A stretch of DNA of 64,000 nucleotides, from positions 525,955-589,954 of the forward strand of contig CAWETL010000009.1 of NCBI GenBank assembly GCA_963812085.1, in the 5' to 3' direction. The DNA comes from an uncultured Gemmatimonadales bacterium. GTDB lineage: Bacteria > Gemmatimonadota > Gemmatimonadetes > Gemmatimonadales > GWC2-71-9. Positions 1 to 7,693 of this stretch are shown one piece after another (the stretch's first letter is position 1; each line of letters starts with the position of its first letter). The translations under genes were made by a program, and so were the position numbers. A model generated the notes under the pieces. The model ran no database searches. It saw nothing but the letters and a program-made list of their open reading frames with translations, and was not told the origin of the DNA.

Positions 1-597
1 ATGGCGCTGGCCGGGAAGTTCAACACGAAGATCGACGCCCGGCTCAGCATCACCACCGGTATCCTGCTGTTCGGCGTCGCGATGTGGATGCACTATCACT
101 TCACGATGGAACTCGGGATGGGCGACCTGCTCCTTCCCATGATCCTGCGCGGCGTGGCCATGGGTCTGATCTTCGTGCCGCTGGTCGGGGCCACGGTGGC
201 CGACCTGCCGTCGAAGCACATGGCCCAGGGCACCGGCCTCTTCAACCTGTCGCGCCAGCTGGGCGGCAGCTTCGGCATCGCGATCACCGCCACCCTGCTC
301 ACCCGCTGGACCGAGCAGGCGCGCGACGCGCTCCGGCCCCACCTCGGCATGACCGAGGACCGGCCGCGGCAATGGCTGGCGGGAATGGAACAGGTGTTCC
401 TGCGGCAAGGGGGGACGCCGGCAGAGGCGGGGCTCAGGGCACGGGCGGTGCTCGAGGGGCTGGTCCATCAACAGGCGTCGGTCATCGCGTTCGAAAAGGT
501 GTTCCTCACGATGGGAATCACCTTCCTGCTCGCGCTCCCGCTGCTGCTGCTGTTCCGGACCGGCAAGGCCGCCGCCGGCGCGGGGCCGGCGCACTAG
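1..597 (+). CDS. MFS drug-efflux transporter, C-terminal fragment (EmrB/QacA DHA2-like); 5' end lies outside the window
   Basis: The ORF is open from the window edge. It has several hydrophobic TM segments and the stretch GTGLFNLSRQLGGSFGIAI, typical of the DHA2 C-terminal half. Stop TAG at 595-597. Confidence 0.75.
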   Translation: MALAGKFNTKIDARLSITTGILLFGVAMWMHYHFTMELGMGDLLLPMILRGVAMGLIFVPLVGATVADLPSKHMAQGTGLFNLSRQLGGSFGIAITATLLTRWTEQARDALRPHLGMTEDRPRQWLAGMEQVFLRQGGTPAEAGLRARAVLEGLVHQQASVIAFEKVFLTMGITFLLALPLLLLFRTGKAAAGAGPAH

Positions 598-600
598 GGC

Positions 601-1362
601 CTAGCGGCAGGGGCCGGGCAGGCGAACGACTCGCACCTCCTGCACCACGTCAGTCCGTCCGCCGGCACCGGGAAACTCGACGCCCGCGCGGACGGCGCTG
701 TTCCACCCGAGCGGTCCGTCCTGCCAGCGCAGATCGCCGCTTTCCGATTCGCTCCGGTGCAGGCGCACCGTGGAATCACCGGCGGCGACCCCTTCCTCCC
801 ACGCGGACCGCCGCGTCCACCCGTAGCGCGCCACTGCCCCGTGCGCGGTGGCGCTGTCCGCCAGGCGCCAGATGGTGAGGTCGGGATCGTCCTTCCACTC
901 GCCGCCGGGGCGGAGCGCGCGCGGCGGGAGCGGCGGGAAGAAATGGAGCAGGACCCGACCGAAGTCGAACACGTCGCGCAGCGCGGCGGGGACGAACGGA
1001 CTGGCCACCGACAGGTAGTCGCCCTGCGGCGCCAACTCTCCCCGGTAGCGTCCGCCCAGGATCCCCTCCGCATTCGGCTCGACCCGCCCTTCGGGCCCCT
1101 GCCGGAACACCGACAGCGAATCGTACCACGCCTCGACGAGGAGCCCGCCGCTGTCGGGAACGGCCCGCACCGACAGCACACCGGAACGGCCGACGGTCTC
1201 GTTGCGGCGCACCGTGCCCATCGCGGTATGAACCTCGCTCCGCACCGACTCCGCGAACCGCGCGCAGCCGAGCGTCGCCGCGTCGTACACGGGCGCCTGG
1301 GCGGGGGCGGCGGCAGGCAAAACCACCGCCAGCGCGATGAGGAGGAGCCTCGGTGCTTGCAT
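601..1362 (-). CDS. Exported hypothetical protein with N-terminal signal peptide
   Basis: Balanced amino-acid composition with W/Y/F/D/E present. Signal-like N-terminus MQAPRLLLIALAVVLPAAAPAQAP, starting from the ATG at 1362 (the track start at 1371 is TTG). Convergent with the MFS gene with a 3-nt gap. Confidence 0.6.
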   Translation of the reverse strand: MQAPRLLLIALAVVLPAAAPAQAPVYDAATLGCARFAESVRSEVHTAMGTVRRNETVGRSGVLSVRAVPDSGGLLVEAWYDSLSVFRQGPEGRVEPNAEGILGGRYRGELAPQGDYLSVASPFVPAALRDVFDFGRVLLHFFPPLPPRALRPGGEWKDDPDLTIWRLADSATAHGAVARYGWTRRSAWEEGVAAGDSTVRLHRSESESGDLRWQDGPLGWNSAVRAGVEFPGAGGRTDVVQEVRVVRLPGPCR

Positions 1363-1427
1363 GGGAGCCAATGTGACTGCATCGTAGCATCCTGTCCATC
1401 ACGCCCACTCCAGCCCGGACCCTGCCC

Positions 1428-2717
1428 ATGCGGATGCCCTTCGTCCTGCTCGCGCTCACGCTCACGGCCGGCACCCTCGGCGCCCAGCAGGCCGCGCCGG
1501 CTCCGGTTCGCACCCTGGTACGGGCCGGCAAGCTCATCGACGGCACGGGAGCGGCGCCCCGCAGCGACCAGGGCGTCCTCGTGGAGGACGGCCGGATCAC
1601 CGCGGTGGGAGCCTGGGCGGAGGTTTCCGCGCGCGCGCCCGGGGTCACCACGATCGACTTGAGCGGCATGACGGTGCTGCCCGGGTTGATCGACGCCCAC
1701 ACGCACATCCTGCTCCAGGGCGACATCACCGCCGCGGACTACGACGACCAGCTCCTCAAGGAGTCCATTCCGTACCGCACCATCCGGGCGGTGGCCGCCG
1801 GCCGCACGGCGCTGATGAACGGCTTCACGACCCTCCGCGACCTCGAGACCGAGGGGGCGATGTTCGCCGACGTGGACCTGAAGCGCGCCTTCGCCCTCGG
1901 CATCGTGCCGGGGCCGCGAATGTTCGTCGCCACGCGCGCGTTCAGCGCCACGGGGATGTACCCGCTCAGCGGCTATTCGTGGGAGCTCAAGGTGCCCGAC
2001 GGCGTCCAGATCGTGGACGGGCCGGAGGAGATCCGGAAGGGCGTGCGGGAGCAGGTGAAGTACGGCGCCGACTGGATCAAGGTCTACGTGGACCGCCGCT
2101 ACTACCTCGGCGACGACGGCCGGCTCCACAGCTGGGTGAACTTCACCGACGAGGAGCTGAAGATGTTCGTCGACGAAGCCCACCGGCTGGGCAAGCGGGC
2201 CGCCGCCCACGCGATCGGCTACGACGGCATCGACGCCGCGCTCCGCGCCGGGTTCAACAGCATCGAGCACGGCGACGGCCTCACCCCGGACCTGATGGAC
2301 CGGATGATCAAGCAGGGCGCGTACTGGTGCCCGACGATCTTCGTGGGGGCCTACGTGGCCGAGGGGCGCGGAGGAATCTGGCCCAAGATGGTGGACATCG
2401 AGCGCGTGGCGTTCGGACAGGCGGTGACGAAGGGCGTGAAGATCGCGTACGGCACCGATGCCGGCGGGTACGCCTGGACGGAGAACCAGGCGCAGGAGAT
2501 GGCCTACATGGTGCGCTACGGGATGGCGCCGCTCCAGGTGATCCGTTCAGCCACGTCCGTGGCGGCGGACCTGCTGGGCCAGTCGGCAAACCTGGGCGCC
2601 GTGGCCGCCGGGCGCTGGGCGGACCTGGTGGCCGTGAAGGAAGACCCGCTGGCGGACATCACCGCGCTGCAACGGGTCGCGTGGGTGATGAAGGGTGGGG
2701 CGGTGATGAAGAACTAG
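1428..2717 (+). CDS. Amidohydrolase-family metallo-hydrolase, exported
   Basis: Signal peptide MRMPFVLLALTLTAGTLGAQQ. Metal-binding HxH motif in LPGLIDAHTHIL. Later HAIG, IEHG and GTDAG motifs are typical of the amidohydrolase superfamily. Confidence 0.85.
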   Translation: MRMPFVLLALTLTAGTLGAQQAAPAPVRTLVRAGKLIDGTGAAPRSDQGVLVEDGRITAVGAWAEVSARAPGVTTIDLSGMTVLPGLIDAHTHILLQGDITAADYDDQLLKESIPYRTIRAVAAGRTALMNGFTTLRDLETEGAMFADVDLKRAFALGIVPGPRMFVATRAFSATGMYPLSGYSWELKVPDGVQIVDGPEEIRKGVREQVKYGADWIKVYVDRRYYLGDDGRLHSWVNFTDEELKMFVDEAHRLGKRAAAHAIGYDGIDAALRAGFNSIEHGDGLTPDLMDRMIKQGAYWCPTIFVGAYVAEGRGGIWPKMVDIERVAFGQAVTKGVKIAYGTDAGGYAWTENQAQEMAYMVRYGMAPLQVIRSATSVAADLLGQSANLGAVAAGRWADLVAVKEDPLADITALQRVAWVMKGGAVMKN

Positions 2718-2780
2718 GCGGGGCAGCGGGAATGCGGGGAGGGAGGGGTGTGGACTTCCCCGCTTCCCCGCTTCCCCGCC
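2718..2780. terminator. Long imperfect GC hairpin between convergent genes (candidate bidirectional terminator)
   Basis: The left arm ggcggggcagcgggaatgcggggaggg is nearly complementary to the right arm cttccccgcttccccgcttccccgcc. It lies between the stops at 2717 (+) and 2786 (-). Confidence 0.5.
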
Positions 2781-2785
2781 TCCAC

Positions 2786-4410
2786 CTATTCGGAACTCAT
2801 GAACGGATAGCGGTAGTCCGTCGGCGGAACAAATGTCTCCTTGATGCTGCGGGGAGAGATCCACCGCATCAGGTTCAAGATCGATCCAGCCTTGTCGTTG
2901 GTGCCGCTGGCGCGCGCCCCCCCGAAGGGCTGCTGCCCGACGACGGCGCCGGTCGGCTTGTCGTTGAGGTAGAAATTCCCTGCCGCGTTCCGGAGCGCGC
3001 CGGTCGCCTCCGCGAGCACCCGCCGGTCCTGCGCGAACACCGCGCCGGTCAGCGCGTACGGACTGGTGCCGTCCACCAGCGCGAGCGTCTCGGTCCACGC
3101 GGCGGCCGGATAGACGTGCAGGGTCAGCACGGGACCGAAGATCTCCTCGCACATCGTGCGGTACTTGGGGTCGTCCACGCGGAGGAGCGTCGGCTCGATG
3201 AAGAAGCCGACCTTGCCGTCGGACGTCCCGCCCGCCACCAGCTCCACCCCCGGGGCCTTCCGCGCCGTGGCGATGTATTCCCCGATCTTGTCGAACGCCT
3301 TCTTGTCGATCACGGCGCCCACGAAATTCCGGAAGTCGGCCACGTCTCCCATCTTCATGTCGGCCATCATCGCGACCATCCGCTCGCGCACCGCCGGCCA
3401 GAGGTTGTCCGGCACGTAGGCCCGGGAGGCGGCGCTGCACTTCTGGCCCTGGTACTCGAACGCACCCCGCACCAGCGCCACCGCCAGCGCGTCCGCGTCG
3501 GCGCTCGCGTGGGCCAGGACGAAGTCCTTCCCCCCGTCTCGCCGACCAGGCGCGGGTAGGTCGCGTAGGTCGGCAGGTTCTGCCCCACCGTCCGCCACAG
3601 CGACTGGAACACCTCGGTCGAGCCGGTGAAGTGGATCCCGGCGAGGCGGCGGTCGGCCAGCAGGAGGTCGGACACCTGGGCCGCGCTGCCGGGCACGAAG
3701 TTGATGACGCCCGGCGGGAGGCCCGCCGCCTCGAGCATCTTGTACACGTACCAGTTGCTGAGAAGCGCGGAGGCCGCCGGCTTCCAGACGACCACGTTGC
3801 CGAGGATGGCCGGCGTGGTGGGAAGGTTGCCGCCGATGGCCGTGAAGTTGAACGGCGTGATCGCGTAGACGAAGCCTTCGAGCGGCCGGTGATCCATCCG
3901 GTTCCAGATGCCCGGCGAGGATATCGGCTGCTCCTCGTACAACCGTTCGGCGAAGTGCACGTTGAAGCGGAAGAAGTCGATCAGTTCGCAGGCGCTGTCG
4001 ATTTCGGCCTGGTAGGCGGTCTTGCTCTGGCCGAGCATCGTGGCCGCGTTGACCACCTGGCGCCAGGGACCGGCCAGCAGGTCGGCCGCCTTGAGGAAGA
4101 CCGCCGCGCGGTCGGCGAAGGGCATGGCCGCCCACTCATGCTGCGCGGCCGTGGCGGAGTCGATCGCCTTCGCGATGAGCTCGGGATCGGCGAGGTGCGC
4201 CTTGGCCAGGACCCGGCCGTGTTGGTGCGGGGAAATAACGTCGACCGTGCGCCCGGTGCGGTACTCGCGGCCGCCGATGACGACGGGAATCTCGATGGTC
4301 TCGCCCGACATCCGGGCCAGCGCCGACTTGAGCGCCGCGCGTTCGGGGGAGCCCGGCGCGTAATTGAGGACGGGTTCGTTCCGCGGAGCGGGGGTGCGAT
4401 AGGCGCTCAT
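2786..4410 (-). pseudogene. pruA: 1-pyrroline-5-carboxylate dehydrogenase (aldehyde dehydrogenase family), split by a 1-nt frameshift in a homopolymer
   Basis: Two overlapping minus-strand ORFs (3367..4410 and 2786..4135) together give a colinear P5CDH. The N-terminal part ends ...RLVGETGG and the C-terminal part resumes KDFVLAHASAD...EYQGQKCSA (catalytic Cys). The junction falls in the C6 run at 3530-3535. One extra base restores ETGGKDF and a 1626-nt reading frame. Confidence 0.85.
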
Positions 4411-4416
4411 CTCGGC

Positions 4417-5391
4417 TCACTCGTGGGGAAAAAGGCCCTGCAAAGATAGCGGCGGCCGGCCCGGCCCGCCGAGGGCGGGCGGCGCCAGGGGCTGAAGCCC
4501 CGCGTCCGCGATTATGCCCTGCCCTGCCGGGGAAAAGAGGAACCGGACGAAGGCCTCCGCCACCTCCGGATGCGGCGCCCCCCGCGGGATGGTCAGGGCG
4601 TAGACGATCGGCTCGCCGCGAAACTCCACGCTGTCGCCCGGGGCCCTGGTGGCGCCGGGCAGCGCCACGCGCGCCGAAGCGTAGGTCTTGGCCATCGCCG
4701 GATCGCTGAGATTGACCTCGGCGGGAAGGTCCAGCCACCGGAAGCCGCTGGCCCGCGCGATCGACAGGTAGGTCCAGATGTAGTCGAACTCGCCAAGCTG
4801 GAGCAGCGCGGTGAGATCGGCCTCTTTCGGGCGGACGTAGCGCATCGGACTCGCGATCGTGAGCAGCGAGGCGAGATTCGGCTGGCGATAGTACCGCTCC
4901 GCCAGCTGCCACACCATCAGGGTCCGGTACCCCGCCGGGTCGAGCGCAGGATCCGCCCGGCCGGTGCGTATGCCGCTCCGAAGCAGGATCCGGTACCAGT
5001 TGGAGTTGTCGATCTCGAGCGCCGCCTGGGACTCGTTGCGAAACGCCAGCACCAGCGCATTGTGGGCAAAGCTGGCGTACCAGTCGGCGTGCGAGGGGAT
5101 CAGCAGCTTGGGGATGATGGCATAGTCGGACACGGCCAGGATGTCGGGGATCTTGCCGAGGTCCGTGATCTTCCGGGCTGCCTCGAGGCTGCCCGAGGAC
5201 TCCTGTGCCGTGACGACCCCGGGATTCGCCTTCTTGAAGGCCTGGAGCAGGTTCCTGATCGGGAGGCCCAGGCTCCCGGCGTTGAACACCAGCAGCGAGC
5301 CGGTGAGCGGCGCGGGGGCTTGCGCCGGCAGGGCGGCGGGAAGGACCGCTAGCAGCAGCAGCGCCAGAACGGCGCGCAGATTGAGTGACAT
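4417..5391 (-). CDS. Periplasmic solute-binding protein, molybdate/tungstate (ModA/WtpA-like) type, with no adjacent permease or ATPase
   Basis: Signal peptide MSLNLRAVLALLLLAVLPAALPAQAP. The stretches LLVFNAGSLGLP and SSGSLEAARKI resemble type-II SBPs of the molybdate/tungstate group. The ATG at 5391 is preferred because it avoids overlap with the upstream PAP2 gene. Confidence 0.6.
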   Translation of the reverse strand: MSLNLRAVLALLLLAVLPAALPAQAPAPLTGSLLVFNAGSLGLPIRNLLQAFKKANPGVVTAQESSGSLEAARKITDLGKIPDILAVSDYAIIPKLLIPSHADWYASFAHNALVLAFRNESQAALEIDNSNWYRILLRSGIRTGRADPALDPAGYRTLMVWQLAERYYRQPNLASLLTIASPMRYVRPKEADLTALLQLGEFDYIWTYLSIARASGFRWLDLPAEVNLSDPAMAKTYASARVALPGATRAPGDSVEFRGEPIVYALTIPRGAPHPEVAEAFVRFLFSPAGQGIIADAGLQPLAPPALGGPGRPPLSLQGLFPHE

Positions 5392-5402
5392 GAACTGATC
5401 CC

Positions 5403-6149
5403 CTAGAAGGTGCCGTGCCAACTGACCGTGACTTCACGTCCGTCGGTGAAGATGGTGGGCGGACGGATTCCCCAGACCTGCCACTTTCCGCTGACGAGCT
5501 TGGCCGAGGTGATCCCGACGACGGCACCGGCCACCACGTCGCTGGTCCAGTGCTCGTTGTTGTAGACCCGGGACCAGGCCGTGCCCGTCGCCAGCGCATA
5601 CAACCCGATCTTGGCCCACAGCGGATGCACGTCCTGGGCGAGGCTGGCGGAGAATCCGAAGGCGGCCGATGTATGCCCCGAGGGCATCGAGGCATTGCCG
5701 GAGAACGGCTTGAAATCGAGCGGCTCCGACCCCTCCACGTTGGGCCGCACCCGGCCGATGACTTCCTTGAAGACGGCCGCGACCCCGCCGGCCATCACCG
5801 CCGACGTGACGGCACGGAGCCCTGAGCGCGCGAGCCCCGGTTTCTTGAATACGAGTCCAGTCCCGACCATCACGGCCGGAACGAGCGCCCAGACCTCGGG
5901 CTGGCCGACCTTGCGGAAGGCATCCGCCACATCGTCCTTGCCCGCGGTCTGGTTGTCCAGCATGTAGGTCCGAACCGGGTTGTCCACCAGGAGGAAGACC
6001 GACACGCCGGCCACGGCGATGGCCGCATCGTACCACTGAAACTGGCGGGGGGGCGACTGGGCGGAGACCGCTGGGCAGATGGCAACGAGGAGCGCCGCGA
6101 GCAGCGACAGGGATCGGTGCCCCCCCTTGGGGGAATGCGGTTTCGGCAT
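5403..6149 (-). CDS. PAP2-family (acid phosphatase / lipid phosphate phosphatase) membrane protein
   Basis: All three PAP2 motifs are present: KEVIGRVRP, PSGH and SRVYNNEHWTSD. Confidence 0.9.
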   Translation of the reverse strand: MPKPHSPKGGHRSLSLLAALLVAICPAVSAQSPPRQFQWYDAAIAVAGVSVFLLVDNPVRTYMLDNQTAGKDDVADAFRKVGQPEVWALVPAVMVGTGLVFKKPGLARSGLRAVTSAVMAGGVAAVFKEVIGRVRPNVEGSEPLDFKPFSGNASMPSGHTSAAFGFSASLAQDVHPLWAKIGLYALATGTAWSRVYNNEHWTSDVVAGAVVGITSAKLVSGKWQVWGIRPPTIFTDGREVTVSWHGTF

Positions 6150-6194
6150 TATCTAAGGTACCTGTAGACCCGACCCGGGCACACGGCCGGGACC

Positions 6195-6620
6195 ATGAAG
6201 TCCTTCATTCCAGCCAGGATTTCCGTGATGCGACGCCTCCTCGCCCTGCCGCTGTTGGCCCTGACCGTGACGGCCTGCCCGAGCTACGACAATTACGCCC
6301 CCCTGGTCTCCCAGAAGGGGCTGGTGCCGCCCGACCAGTTCGCGCGCTACGGCCAGGAACAGGCCGAGGCCGTGGCGATCGGGCGGGAGTTCGCCCATGC
6401 CTACCAGGGCGACACGCCGGCCGACTACGGCGCGCAAGCCGCGGCCGGCGTGGCCTACGCCCGCACCCTGCCCGACGTCGTCAACGTCACGGCCGACACG
6501 CTGGGCCACCGGCTGACCATCCAGTTCAAGAGCGGCTGGCGCACGGCGGTGGACCCGATCGCCGACGGCCGGCGCGGCGGCGAGACCCCCGGCGTCCCGG
6601 CGGCAACGCCCGCGTCGTGA
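6195..6620 (+). CDS. Hypothetical lipoprotein
   Basis: Signal peptide with lipobox LTVTAC. Its stop overlaps the cutA start. Confidence 0.55.
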   Translation: MKSFIPARISVMRRLLALPLLALTVTACPSYDNYAPLVSQKGLVPPDQFARYGQEQAEAVAIGREFAHAYQGDTPADYGAQAAAGVAYARTLPDVVNVTADTLGHRLTIQFKSGWRTAVDPIADGRRGGETPGVPAATPAS

Positions 6621-6946
6621 TTCACACCTGTCTCCAGGTGACCGTGTCGGCCACCTCGCACGAGGAGGCTGACCGGATCATTCGGACGGCGGTGGAAGCT
6701 CGGCTTGCGGCCTGCGGCCAGTTGCTCGGTCCGGTGTCCTCGACCTATTGGTGGCAGGGCCGGGTCGAGCGTGCCGAGGAATGGCTCTGCCTGCTCAAGA
6801 CCACGCAGTCCCGTTTTCCGGATCTCCGGCGGCACATCTTCAAGACACACAGCAACCAGGTTCCGGAAATCGTGGCCACCGCCATCGTGGAAGGAAGCAT
6901 CGACTACCTCGAATGGGTGCTCGTCGAAACCACGCCCCGACCGTGA
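6617..6946 (+). CDS. cutA: Divalent-cation tolerance protein CutA
   Basis: About 109 aa, with the typical CutA1 stretches AACGQLLGPVSSTYWWQG, EEWLCLLKT and YLEWV. GTG start overlaps the upstream stop (GTGA). Confidence 0.85.
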   Translation: MIHTCLQVTVSATSHEEADRIIRTAVEARLAACGQLLGPVSSTYWWQGRVERAEEWLCLLKTTQSRFPDLRRHIFKTHSNQVPEIVATAIVEGSIDYLEWVLVETTPRP

Positions 6947-6953
6947 GGACACC

Positions 6954-7691
6954 ATGACAGCACCGATCGCCGCCCCCACCCCCGAACCCGCCGCGATGTG
7001 GGAGGATTTCCTCGAGATCTTCATCAAGCCGGCCGCCGTGTTCGAGCGGCGCAAAGCCGCCGGGTTCGTCGTCCCGCTCCTGGTGCTGACGGTCGTGTTC
7101 GGATTGCTCTTCTTCGGGCTCAAGGGGGCGTTCCAGCCCATCATGCAGGCGGAGAACGCCCGCGCCATCGCCAAGGTCATCGCCAAGAACCCCCAGATGA
7201 CCGAGGAGATGCGGGACGCGATGACGCAGCGGTCCGCATCGGGCGGCAACCTGGCGCCGATCTTCGCCACGGTGTTCCTCCCGGTGGCCGTGTTGCTGGT
7301 CGGGCTCGGCACGTGGCTGGCCGGCAAGCTGGTCGGCGCCGTCACCTCGCTGGGTGCGGCCATGATGATCGCCACCTACAGCTATTTTCCGCGCGTCCTC
7401 GAGCTCCTCGTCGGCGGCGCCCAGGCCCTGCTGCTTCCGGAGGAACAGTTGGTCGGGCGCTCCTCCACCGCGCTCGGCCTCGCCCGCCCGCTCGATCCGG
7501 ACACGACCGCCTCCATGGTCATGGCGCTCGCGCTCCGGGTGGATGTCTTCACCCTCTGGGTCACGTTCCTGATCGCCGTGGGGCTGAGAGTGGTCGGGAA
7601 GGTGCCGATGAGCCGCGCGCTCGCCGCCGCCGCGATCGTCTGGGTGCTCGGCGCGATTCCGGGGGTCCTCGGCGCGATGGTCAGCGGCTGA
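6954..7691 (+). CDS. Yip1-domain integral membrane protein
   Basis: The ATG at 6954 gives MTAPIAAPTPEPAAMWEDFLEIFIKPAAVFERRK followed by about 5 TM segments, the typical Yip1/YIF layout. The track ORF begins earlier, inside cutA, and that part is rejected. Confidence 0.65.
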   Translation: MTAPIAAPTPEPAAMWEDFLEIFIKPAAVFERRKAAGFVVPLLVLTVVFGLLFFGLKGAFQPIMQAENARAIAKVIAKNPQMTEEMRDAMTQRSASGGNLAPIFATVFLPVAVLLVGLGTWLAGKLVGAVTSLGAAMMIATYSYFPRVLELLVGGAQALLLPEEQLVGRSSTALGLARPLDPDTTASMVMALALRVDVFTLWVTFLIAVGLRVVGKVPMSRALAAAAIVWVLGAIPGVLGAMVSG

Positions 7692-7693
7692 CC

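Noticed and set aside
2753-2778. Short tandem repeats checked as a possible CRISPR array
   Set aside because: There are only three contiguous 8-bp units and no spacers. They form one arm of a hairpin. I saw no repeat-spacer periodicity of 28-37 nt anywhere in the window, and no cas genes.
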